Shown here: piece by piece, positions 56,801 to 64,000 of the stretch
How positions within the stretch are numbered: position 1 is the stretch's first letter
Layout: every line of letters begins with the position of its first letter
Source: an uncultured Alphaproteobacteria bacterium
GTDB taxonomy: Bacteria; Pseudomonadota; Alphaproteobacteria; HIMB59; GCA-002718135
Reading direction: 5' to 3'
Length of the DNA stretch: 64,000 nucleotides
Assembly: GCA_902614395.1 (NCBI GenBank)
Contig: CACMKW010000002.1
Location: forward strand, 3,356-67,355
Made by a program: the position numbers and the translations under genes
The notes under the pieces: model-generated
Database searches by the model: none
Told to the model about the DNA's origin: nothing
The model's input: the letters and a program-made list of their open reading frames with translations, nothing else

Positions 56801-58429
56801 TTATGCAAACCACCAACGTTCAGAAAGTTTGTTACCGTCACTTTCCCAGTTACCAGCAACATCTTCACCGTGAGCAAGTTTTTTAGAACCAGCACCAACG
56901 TATTGGTTAAATGCATAAACAATTGCACCACCATCGTAGTTACAAAGAGCTTGTGCTTCCCAGTACATTGATTTTCTTTTTTCTGCATCAAGTTCTGATC
57001 TAGCAGATCTAACAAGTTCATTGAAACGAACAGTTGAATCAGTTTGAACTAGATTACCCCAAGCAGCTTCGTTCCATTCTGTGTCATCTGTGAATGCAGC
57101 AGACCACATCATATCTTCTGTAGGTCTTCCACCCCAAGAACTCATACTGAAACCCTTAGTGTTCCATACGTTACTCCAGTAACCATCTTCAGGTTCTTTT
57201 TTAACTCGAAGATCGATACCACATTCTTGAGCAGATGCTGCTATCAAGTTAGTTGCATCTGTACATCCTGCATAAGGAACTTCAGAAGTACTAATTTCAA
57301 TTGGTCCACTTACTCCAGATTTTTTCCAGTGATAAGCAGCTTTATCAGCATCGAACTCTCTCTGCTCTAAAGCGCTATTATGGTATGGGTGAGCAGTAGA
57401 GATCGGATGATCATTACCAACAGTTCCATATCCAAGCATAATCTTATCAACAATTTCCTGTCTTTTAATTGCAAACTTCATTGCCATACGCACATCAAAG
57501 TTATCAAACGGTGGAACGTTCAATCTCATTGGAGCTGTATAGTGAGCGTAACCAGAAGCTGCTGTAATTTCTACACTAGGATTTCTAGTCAATAGATTAG
57601 CAGTTCTAAGATCAACACCATTCATCCAGTCAATTTCACCGTTTAATAATGCTGCTTGTCTAGTAGCAGGATCATTAATACCAATTACTTCAACTGAATC
57701 AAAGTGTGCAACACTATCACCTTTGAAATAATTTGGATTTCTTTTTCCAAATTTTGCACCAACACCAGGATTGAATTCATCCATAATATATGGACCAGTT
57801 CCGATCGTTGATTGAGCATCAACAACTCCATCTTTTGTTGGTTTGATCATAATGTGATAGTCAGTAGTTATTGCAGGCCAATCGGCATTTGCACCTTTTA
57901 GCTTAAAAATAACTCTGTCATTTCCATCAGCAGAAACTGTTTCAATTTGAGATAACAGTCCACCTGCTGCCGAAGCAGTATCTGGATTCATATGATACTG
58001 ATAGTTGAGCACAACATCTTCTGCTGTCATTGATTTACCATTATGGAATTCAACTCCTTTGCGAAGATTATATACCCAAGTTTGAGCATCATCTGATTCA
58101 ATTGACTCAGCAAGCTCTCCAACAATTGTGTGATCTGAATCAACAACAGTTAGACAGTTCTGATATGACCAAGCAGTAGCTTGCATAAATGAACTCTGAT
58201 AAGTTGCTGGATCAAGAGTATCAGTTGCATCTGCTGCACTATTACCCCATCTTAAATGTCCACCTTTTTTTGGTGTAGCTGCAACTGCTTTATCTGCTAA
58301 TGATAATGCAATTGGGAGCGTGACCCCAGTAGCAAGGACAGACATCATGAACTGTCTTCTATCAATAAGCCCTTTTGTTAGCTTTGAAGACTGTTCTTCA
58401 ATGTATTTGTCTATTTTCTTATTTTTCAT
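56801..58429 (-). CDS. ABC transporter substrate-binding protein, family 5 (peptide/opine/nickel type), twin-arginine signal
   Basis: Start placed at ATG 58429 (MKNKKIDKY), preceded by AGGGAGGA 4-5 nt upstream. DRRQFMMSVLATG...ADKAVA is a Tat-like signal. The mature part has the SBP_5 layout. Confidence 0.9.
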   Translation of the reverse strand: MKNKKIDKYIEEQSSKLTKGLIDRRQFMMSVLATGVTLPIALSLADKAVAATPKKGGHLRWGNSAADATDTLDPATYQSSFMQATAWSYQNCLTVVDSDHTIVGELAESIESDDAQTWVYNLRKGVEFHNGKSMTAEDVVLNYQYHMNPDTASAAGGLLSQIETVSADGNDRVIFKLKGANADWPAITTDYHIMIKPTKDGVVDAQSTIGTGPYIMDEFNPGVGAKFGKRNPNYFKGDSVAHFDSVEVIGINDPATRQAALLNGEIDWMNGVDLRTANLLTRNPSVEITAASGYAHYTAPMRLNVPPFDNFDVRMAMKFAIKRQEIVDKIMLGYGTVGNDHPISTAHPYHNSALEQREFDADKAAYHWKKSGVSGPIEISTSEVPYAGCTDATNLIAASAQECGIDLRVKKEPEDGYWSNVWNTKGFSMSSWGGRPTEDMMWSAAFTDDTEWNEAAWGNLVQTDSTVRFNELVRSARSELDAEKRKSMYWEAQALCNYDGGAIVYAFNQYVGAGSKKLAHGEDVAGNWESDGNKLSERWWFA

Positions 58430-58446
58430 TTGTCCTCCCTTATAAT

Positions 58447-58488
58447 TGAACAAAAACCTAAGATTTTTGTTCATAATTTCTAGAAATT
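58447..58488. promoter_or_regulatory. Two adjacent symmetric elements in the divergent control region (candidate operators or 5'-UTR hairpin)
   Basis: TGAACAAAAA-7 nt-TTTTTGTTCA (58447-58473), followed directly by the perfect 14-bp palindrome AATTTCTAGAAATT (58475-58488). They lie 18-60 nt upstream of the SBP start. Confidence 0.3.
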
Positions 58489-58663
58489 TAACAAAAAACA
58501 AACTTAAGTTAATATATAAAAACATATATAACGTTTTAATTCAACGTATAAATTATTAATTTTAGCTTACATGTTGACCTAATTTAGACAAAACTTTAAG
58601 AATTAAGATTGTATCTTTAAGGAGGGTAATATTAGTAGAATTCATCCAATATTTAGAACAATT

Positions 58664-59629
58664 TTGTTAAGGCTTAGCCTTGGTCTCGTTACGGTTTTTG
58701 CATTTTCGGTAATAATATTTAGTACATTCTCTTTTTTACCGGGAGACTTTGCCACAGAAATATTAGGTCAAAGTGCAACAAAATCTGCAGTAAAAGCCCT
58801 AAGAGCAGAATTGGGTTTAGATAAACCTCCGGTAACAAGATATTTTGATTGGTTAGGAAATGTTTTTCAAGGAGATTTTGGTAGTTCTTTCTCTGGAAGA
58901 TCTAAAGTTCAAGGGGATCAAGGTGATAGGTCTAGAGAAGTTGTTGGTTTAATTGTCCCTAGATTAAAGAATACATTATTTTTAACAGGGGTTGCCGCCA
59001 TGTTGGCTATTCCTCTATCTTTAATCTTAGGTATCTCAGCAGCATTATACAGAAACTCTTATTATGATAGGTCAGCAACTGGAGTTAGCTTAGTAACCGT
59101 ATCTTCACCAGAATTTTTTACAGCCTATATTTTTATTCTTTTACTAGCGACACTGTTCCCAGTTTTTCCAACTATTTCTAATGTGGATGAAGCTTCAACT
59201 TTGGCTGAAAGATTTTACAGGACTGCTCTTCCAGTTTTTACTTTGACATTAATTACTATGGGTCACATGATGAGAATGACAAGGTCAGCTATTATAAATA
59301 TCTTATCTAGTGAATATATTGAAATGGCAAAATTATCGGGAGCTTCTAGATACGAGGTAATTGTTAAACACGCACTTCCAAATGCTTGGGCACCTATTTC
59401 TCAAGTAATTGCAATAAACTTAGCTTATATGTTGATTGGTTCAGTTGTTGTTGAATATGTTTTTAACTATCAAGGTATTGGTAGGTTGATGGTCGGATCA
59501 GTCTATAATCGAGATTTACCGGTTGTTCAAGCTTGTGCATTAATTTTTGCATCAACATATGTAATATTAAATTTAATTGCTGACTTGATCGGAATTATTT
59601 CTAACCCAAGGTTGCTATATCCAAAATGA
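58664..59629 (+). CDS. ABC transporter permease (DppB/OppB-like)
   Basis: PGDF...LGLDKP N-terminal region and an EAA-loop-type segment (SEYIEMAKLSGASRYEVIVKHALPNA). The listed start is TTG; the frame is open from 58607, and an SD-preceded ATT at 58631 may be the true start (see findings). Confidence 0.9.
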   Translation: MLRLSLGLVTVFAFSVIIFSTFSFLPGDFATEILGQSATKSAVKALRAELGLDKPPVTRYFDWLGNVFQGDFGSSFSGRSKVQGDQGDRSREVVGLIVPRLKNTLFLTGVAAMLAIPLSLILGISAALYRNSYYDRSATGVSLVTVSSPEFFTAYIFILLLATLFPVFPTISNVDEASTLAERFYRTALPVFTLTLITMGHMMRMTRSAIINILSSEYIEMAKLSGASRYEVIVKHALPNAWAPISQVIAINLAYMLIGSVVVEYVFNYQGIGRLMVGSVYNRDLPVVQACALIFASTYVILNLIADLIGIISNPRLLYPK

Positions 59630-60546
59630 GCGAAAATTTATCTTATTCTGCAAAAAGTGAAGTTGCAAATTTAATTAAAAGAAGAACTAGATTAGAAAGA
59701 TTAAAAATTGCCTTATCAAAAGCTCCAATCTCAGCTTGGTTTGGTATGATTGTACTATTTATATATTTTTTTGCTGCAATATTTGCTCCCTTAATTGCTC
59801 CACATGGAGAAGCAGAAATATTCCCAGTAGCTTATGCTCCTTGGGGTGATGGCCATATATTTGGTACTGATCAAATTGGGAGAGATATTTTTTCTCGCAT
59901 TATCTATGCTGCAAGAAATACAATTGGTATTTGTTTATTGGCTACTTTTATTGCTTTAGGAATTGGAACAGTATTTGGAATTATAGCTGCTCTGGATAGA
60001 AGATATTTAGATCAGCTATTGAGTAGAATAGTAGACACGCTTATGGCTATACCTGTAATGATTTTTACTTTTATACTTTTATCAGTTTTTGGACCTACTA
60101 ATTTTAATTTAATTGTCATTTTAGGAATTTTGGAGTCAACTAGATTTTTTAGAATATCAAGATCAGTTGCTGTTGGTCAAGTTGTTCTAGAATATGTAGA
60201 GGTCGCGAGATTAAGAGGTGAAAATTTATCATATATTATTTTCAGAGAAATACTTCCTAATATAGCTTCACCTTTGATTATTGAGTTTGGTTTAAGGTTC
60301 ATATTTATAATTTTTACAATATCTAGTTTAAGTTTTTTAGGAATTGGCATTCAACCCCCTTCAGCAGATTGGGCATCAATGGTGAGGGAAAATGCAATAC
60401 TTATTCAATATGCGCAATATGATATAACAGCAGGTTTAACACCATTAATTCCAGCTGCTGCAATTGCTTTACTTTGTGTATCAATTAATTTTGTTGTTGA
60501 TTGGTATCTTTACATTACTAGCGGATTAAAAGATGACGTTAAATAA
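59626..60546 (+). CDS. ABC transporter permease (DppC/OppC-like)
   Basis: GTDQIGRDIFSRIIYAARN and EYVEVARLRGENLSYIIFREILPN. 4-nt overlap with the upstream permease. Confidence 0.9.
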   Translation: MSENLSYSAKSEVANLIKRRTRLERLKIALSKAPISAWFGMIVLFIYFFAAIFAPLIAPHGEAEIFPVAYAPWGDGHIFGTDQIGRDIFSRIIYAARNTIGICLLATFIALGIGTVFGIIAALDRRYLDQLLSRIVDTLMAIPVMIFTFILLSVFGPTNFNLIVILGILESTRFFRISRSVAVGQVVLEYVEVARLRGENLSYIIFREILPNIASPLIIEFGLRFIFIIFTISSLSFLGIGIQPPSADWASMVRENAILIQYAQYDITAGLTPLIPAAAIALLCVSINFVVDWYLYITSGLKDDVK

Positions 60547-62146
60547 ATCAAAAGAACTCCTGCTTGAAATGAAAAATATCCATATTGATGGATTTTCAGA
60601 TGAGAGATGGCATAAAATTTTAAAAGGTGTAGATTTGACTTTACACAGAGGAGAAATACTAGGATTAATTGGAGAGAGTGGAGCCGGAAAATCTACTATG
60701 GGTAAAGCTGCAATGGGCTATACCCAACCAGGTTGTAAGATTGTAAAGGGAGAAATTAATTTTAATGGAATAGACCTTGCTAAACTAACTGAATTTGAAA
60801 AGAGAAAAATTTGGGGAACTAAAATATCTTATGTTGCTCAATCAGCAGCAGCATCTTTTAATCCTGCTCATAGATTAATGGACCAAACAATAAGTGCTGC
60901 TAATAGATTAAAGATAAATCCAACGGATGTATTAAAAAAAGATGCAGTTCAACTTTATGAATCACTACAGCTTCCAGATGCTGAAAATATAGGAGATAGA
61001 TACCCGCATCAAGTATCTGGAGGACAACTACAAAGAATAATGACTGCAATGGCTATGTCCCCAAGACCAGAGTTAATTATATTTGATGAGCCCACAACAG
61101 CTTTAGATGTAACAACTCAAGTTGAAGTATTATCTGCTATGAGATCTATAGTAGATAAATTTAATACAGCAGCAATATATATTACTCATGATTTAGCCGT
61201 AGTTGCGCAAATGGCTGATAGAATAAAAGTTTTGCGATACGGTGAAGAAGTTGAAGAAGCTGAAACAAGAGATATGCTATCAAACCCAAAAGAAGAATAC
61301 ACCAAATCTCTGTGGTCAGTAAGATCACTGATCAAGCCTGAAGAAACAAATAAAGATTATATGTTGTCTATTAAAAATATTGATGCAGCATATGGCTCAT
61401 CAAAGGTCTTACACAATGTTTCTATAAATATTCCTAAAGGTAAAACAGTAGCTATAGTTGGTGAAAGTGGATCAGGAAAATCAACAACAGCAAGAGTAAT
61501 TACAGGCTTACTTCCTCAATTAAAAGGAGAAATAATTTTTGATGGAAAAAAATTGTCTCCAAAACTTGAGCAAAGGTCAAAAGAAGAATTAAGAAGAATT
61601 CAAATAATTTTTCAAATGCCTGATACTGCAATGAACCCCCGTCAAACTGTTGATGAAATAATAGGAAGGCCAATAGAATTTTATCAAGGTATAAAAGGTA
61701 AAAAAAGAGAAGCAAAAGTTATTGAATTATTAAAAATGATTGAGCTAGATGAAAATTTTTTAGATAGATTACCATCCGAATTATCTGGAGGTCAAAAACA
61801 GAGAATATGCATTGCAAGAGCTTTAGCGGCTAACCCAGATTTAATTATTTGTGATGAAGTGACATCAGCACTAGATCAAATTGTTCAAGAAGGAATATTA
61901 AAATTACTCCAAAAATTACAAAAAGAGCTTGGTGTAACTTATATTTTTATTACTCATGATATAGCAACAGTTAAAGCAATCTCAGATGAAATAGTTGTTA
62001 TGTATCAAGGTGAGGTAGTGGAACAGGGTTTGAAAAGTAAAATTTTAAATCCACCATATCCTGATTATACAGAACTTTTATTGTCTTCAGTCCCAGAAAT
62101 GGATCCTGATTGGCTAACCAATCTTCTGAATAAAAGATCTTCCTAG
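60533..62146 (+). CDS. ABC transporter ATP-binding protein with two fused ATPase domains (DppD-DppF type)
   Basis: Two Walker A motifs (GESGAGKST, GESGSGKST), two signature motifs (VSGGQLQR, LSGGQKQR) and two Walker B motifs (LIIFDEPT, LIICDEVT). Confidence 0.9.
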   Translation: MTLNKSKELLLEMKNIHIDGFSDERWHKILKGVDLTLHRGEILGLIGESGAGKSTMGKAAMGYTQPGCKIVKGEINFNGIDLAKLTEFEKRKIWGTKISYVAQSAAASFNPAHRLMDQTISAANRLKINPTDVLKKDAVQLYESLQLPDAENIGDRYPHQVSGGQLQRIMTAMAMSPRPELIIFDEPTTALDVTTQVEVLSAMRSIVDKFNTAAIYITHDLAVVAQMADRIKVLRYGEEVEEAETRDMLSNPKEEYTKSLWSVRSLIKPEETNKDYMLSIKNIDAAYGSSKVLHNVSINIPKGKTVAIVGESGSGKSTTARVITGLLPQLKGEIIFDGKKLSPKLEQRSKEELRRIQIIFQMPDTAMNPRQTVDEIIGRPIEFYQGIKGKKREAKVIELLKMIELDENFLDRLPSELSGGQKQRICIARALAANPDLIICDEVTSALDQIVQEGILKLLQKLQKELGVTYIFITHDIATVKAISDEIVVMYQGEVVEQGLKSKILNPPYPDYTELLLSSVPEMDPDWLTNLLNKRSS

Positions 62147-62165
62147 TAAATCTATACTTTAAATA

Positions 62166-62432
62166 ATGAATATATTTAAATTTTTACTTAATTTTTTTTC
62201 TAGTAAAGAAAATAGAATAGATAATCTAGAAGCAAAAAATATAATGATAATTGAGAACAATTTTAATAAAGATAATTTAACTTTAGGTTCTATTTACAAA
62301 GTAAATCAAAATATAAAACTAAAAAATTTTAAAAATAAAATTCTTGAAGACAACTTAACAATAGTAGTTACTGACAATAAAGGTAAAACTATTGGATATA
62401 TTTCTAAAAAAGAGATAAATAATATTCAATAA
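62166..62432 (+). CDS. Small hypothetical protein (88 aa)
   Basis: The ORF fills the gap between the ATPase and the SDR exactly (its stop abuts the next ATG). No motif recognised. Confidence 0.35.
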   Translation: MNIFKFLLNFFSSKENRIDNLEAKNIMIIENNFNKDNLTLGSIYKVNQNIKLKNFKNKILEDNLTIVVTDNKGKTIGYISKKEINNIQ

Positions 62433-63215
62433 ATGAAAATTAATCTTAGTAAAAAAAAATATATTATTTCTGCTGGTGCAGATGGCTTAGGTTTTGCTAT
62501 AGCAAATAAAATAATCGGTTCAGGTGGAAAAGTTTATTTATCTGATATAAATAAATCAAAAATTGATAAAATAAATTTAAACAATAAATATCGTAATAAA
62601 ATATTTGCTAAACACTTAGACTGCACAAATCCAAAAGACATTAAAGAATATTTTAAATCTCTATCTAACTTAAAAAAAATAGATGGATTAATAAATAATA
62701 TAGGCATTGCAGGACCTACAAAGTATCTTCAAAATATTTCAATAGATGAATGGGATAACACGATTAAAACTAATTTAAGTTCACATTTTTATTTCACAAA
62801 ATTTGCTATTCCATTTTTAAAAAATGCTAAAAAAGGATCTATTATTAATTTATCTTCAACTGCAGGATTATATGGTTTTGCTCAACGTTCACCATATGCA
62901 TCAAGTAAATGGGCAGTAATTGGATTAACTAAAACATTAGCAGTTGAATTAGGAAAATTTAAAATACGTGTGAATGCAATTTGTCCTGGTTCTGTTAATG
63001 GCGATAGAATGGATAGAGTAATAAATGCAAAAGCTAAATTAATAAATTCTTCAAATAAAAAAGTAAGAAAAGAATTAGAGTCAATGGTTTCATTAAACAC
63101 ATTTGTAGAAAAAGAAGATATTGCATCAATGGCATTATTTTTATTGAGTGATGCTTCAGAAAATGTATCTGGTCAAATCATGACTATTGATGGAAATACT
63201 GAAAGAATGAATTAG
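62433..63215 (+). CDS. SDR family oxidoreductase
   Basis: IISAGADGLGFAIANKI, NNIGIAG, catalytic YASSKWAV. Confidence 0.85.
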   Translation: MKINLSKKKYIISAGADGLGFAIANKIIGSGGKVYLSDINKSKIDKINLNNKYRNKIFAKHLDCTNPKDIKEYFKSLSNLKKIDGLINNIGIAGPTKYLQNISIDEWDNTIKTNLSSHFYFTKFAIPFLKNAKKGSIINLSSTAGLYGFAQRSPYASSKWAVIGLTKTLAVELGKFKIRVNAICPGSVNGDRMDRVINAKAKLINSSNKKVRKELESMVSLNTFVEKEDIASMALFLLSDASENVSGQIMTIDGNTERMN

Positions 63216-64000
63216 TGGATAACAACGCTGACTACATCATTGTTGGAGCAGGGTCAGCAGGTTGTGTTTTAGCTAACAGATTGTCTTCACAATCAAAGAA
63301 TTCTGTAATTTTATTAGAAGCTGGCCCATCCAGTAAAACCTGGAAAGTTGATATGCCAAGCGCACTTCTATATGCAATGCATGACCCGAAATATAATTGG
63401 AAATATTATACTGAGCCTGAACCGTTTCTAAATAATAGATCTTTATATTGCCCAAGAGGTAAAATGATTGGAGGGTGTTCATCACATAATGGCATGGTTT
63501 TTGCAAGAGGTCATAAAGAGGATTTTGATAGATGGTCTTCAAGTGGTTTAACTGATTGGTCGTATGAAAAAGTTGTACCTTTTTTTAAAAAATTAGAAAC
63601 TTGGTCCCATGATAGTAATCAAAGAGGTAAAGAGGGGCCATTAAAAGTAAATAAATCAAACATAGATAAAAAATATCCTTTATTTAAAAAAGTTTTAGAA
63701 GCTGCACAAGAAGCTGGATATAAAATATTTAATGACTCTAATAATACTGATAATGAAGGTTTTGGAACTTTTGATGTAACAATAAACAACGGTGTCAGAC
63801 AAAGTGTTGCTAAGGCATATTTAGAACCTATCCAAAATAGAAAAAATCTTAGAATAATAAATAATATTGATGTGAAAAAAATTATTTTTAAAAATAAAAC
63901 TGCAACTGGTGTTGAAACAATTAAAAAAAATATAACAAATAAATATTTAGCAAATAAAGAAGTTATACTTTGTGCAGGTTCAATAAATTCTCCCAAAATT
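63215..64000 (+). CDS. GMC family FAD oxidoreductase (choline dehydrogenase-like), 5' part; continues beyond the window
   Basis: Not in the ORF track because no stop lies in the window. My translation from GTG 63215 gives VDNNADYIIVGAGSAGCVLANRLS...CPRGKMIGGCSSHNGMVFARG...VILCAGSINSPKI, open for all 262 codons to base 64000. The GTG overlaps the SDR TAG stop (TAGTG). Confidence 0.85.
   Translation, partial: MDNNADYIIVGAGSAGCVLANRLSSQSKNSVILLEAGPSSKTWKVDMPSALLYAMHDPKYNWKYYTEPEPFLNNRSLYCPRGKMIGGCSSHNGMVFARGHKEDFDRWSSSGLTDWSYEKVVPFFKKLETWSHDSNQRGKEGPLKVNKSNIDKKYPLFKKVLEAAQEAGYKIFNDSNNTDNEGFGTFDVTINNGVRQSVAKAYLEPIQNRKNLRIINNIDVKKIIFKNKTATGVETIKKNITNKYLANKEVILCAGSINSPKI

Noticed and set aside
49676-58525. 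Long N-terminal extensions given by the track for the OsmC gene (to 50170), the DmdA-like gene (to 51287) and the binding-protein gene (to 58525), and likewise 1295 for the FAD oxidoreductase.
   Set aside because: The extensions overlap the preceding gene or consist of hydrophobic or odd residues ahead of an internal ATG. That internal ATG sits 1 nt after the upstream stop or directly behind a Shine-Dalgarno site, so the shorter starts (50122, 51245, 58429, 1313) are more parsimonious.
58574-58603. Sigma-70-like promoter for the permease operon: TTGACC at 58574-58579 with TAAGAA about 17 nt downstream. A similar TTGACC occurs at 46436-46441 before the ALDH gene.
   Set aside because: The -10 candidates match the consensus poorly (3-4 of 6). 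In DNA this AT-rich, TATAAT-like hexamers occur everywhere, so this is not reportable without transcription start data.
4047-63100. About 26 short ORFs (60-140 aa) in the track that lie antisense to or inside well-supported genes. Examples: 4047-4313, 11185-11569, 17981-18241, 32164-32505, 46886-47308, 52788-53146, 53445-53666, 54777-55106, 56749-57021, 57380-57595, 61500-61715, 62882-63100.
   Set aside because: Each is fully embedded in a longer ORF on the other strand or frame that has clear family motifs. Their translations are low-complexity or mirror-image artefacts, and none has its own ribosome-binding site or intergenic space.
63273-63996. Minus-strand ORFs 63273-63542 and 63619-63996.
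   Set aside because: The + strand frame from 63215 encodes an unmistakable GMC oxidoreductase N-terminus with no stop to the window end, so the minus-strand ORFs are antisense shadows.
1-64000. CRISPR arrays, tRNA/rRNA genes, insertion sequences, integrases, prophage genes, toxin-antitoxin pairs or recognisable defence systems.
   Set aside because: No direct-repeat/spacer periodicity appears, and no non-coding gap is long enough for an RNA gene (the largest is about 200-234 nt). No ORF has transposase, integrase, nuclease or defence-type motifs, and every ORF of meaningful size is accounted for by biosynthetic, catabolic or transport functions.

Overview
The window is very AT-rich and tightly packed, with many 1-8 nt gene overlaps, almost no intergenic DNA, and no rRNA, tRNA, CRISPR, transposase, integrase or transcription-factor gene that I can see. 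The style and gene content resemble a streamlined marine alphaproteobacterium of the SAR11/Pelagibacterales type; that is inference, not a search result. Two blocks are visible. (1) Bases 1 to about 37.8 kb are a cell-surface glycan island, all on the + strand except one gene. It holds a complete rmlACBD set plus a second RmlD paralog, a UDP-xylose synthase, and about 9 recognisable glycosyltransferases (GT2, GT4 and a PMT/ArnT-like GT-C, plus one further polytopic GT-C candidate). It also holds 4 methyltransferases, an AsnB-type amidotransferase, an EpsG/Wzy-like polymerase and a TviB/WbpO-type sugar dehydrogenase. Its left part (about 0.2-14.5 kb) is the most unusual. It combines a KdsB-like cytidylyltransferase with an HpcH-type pyruvate aldolase, an FSA/transaldolase, a SIS isomerase and several oxidoreductases. 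Two tandem orphan proteins of about 580 aa sit next to them. No PEP-dependent ulosonate synthase is visible, so this is my best candidate for an undescribed CMP-activated keto-deoxy sugar-acid pathway and its transferases. (2) Bases about 37.8-64 kb are less AT-rich and encode small-molecule catabolism centred on methylated or quaternary compounds. These include a BBOX/TMLH-like dioxygenase, GMC oxidoreductases and aldehyde dehydrogenases. A tight nine-gene minus-strand operon runs solute-binding protein, homocysteine S-methyltransferase, GcvT, FMN oxidase, ThDP enzyme, transthyretin-like protein, DmdA-like GcvT, OsmC and crotonase. It faces a divergent ABC importer. All functional calls rest on motifs read by eye from the translations; no database search was possible.
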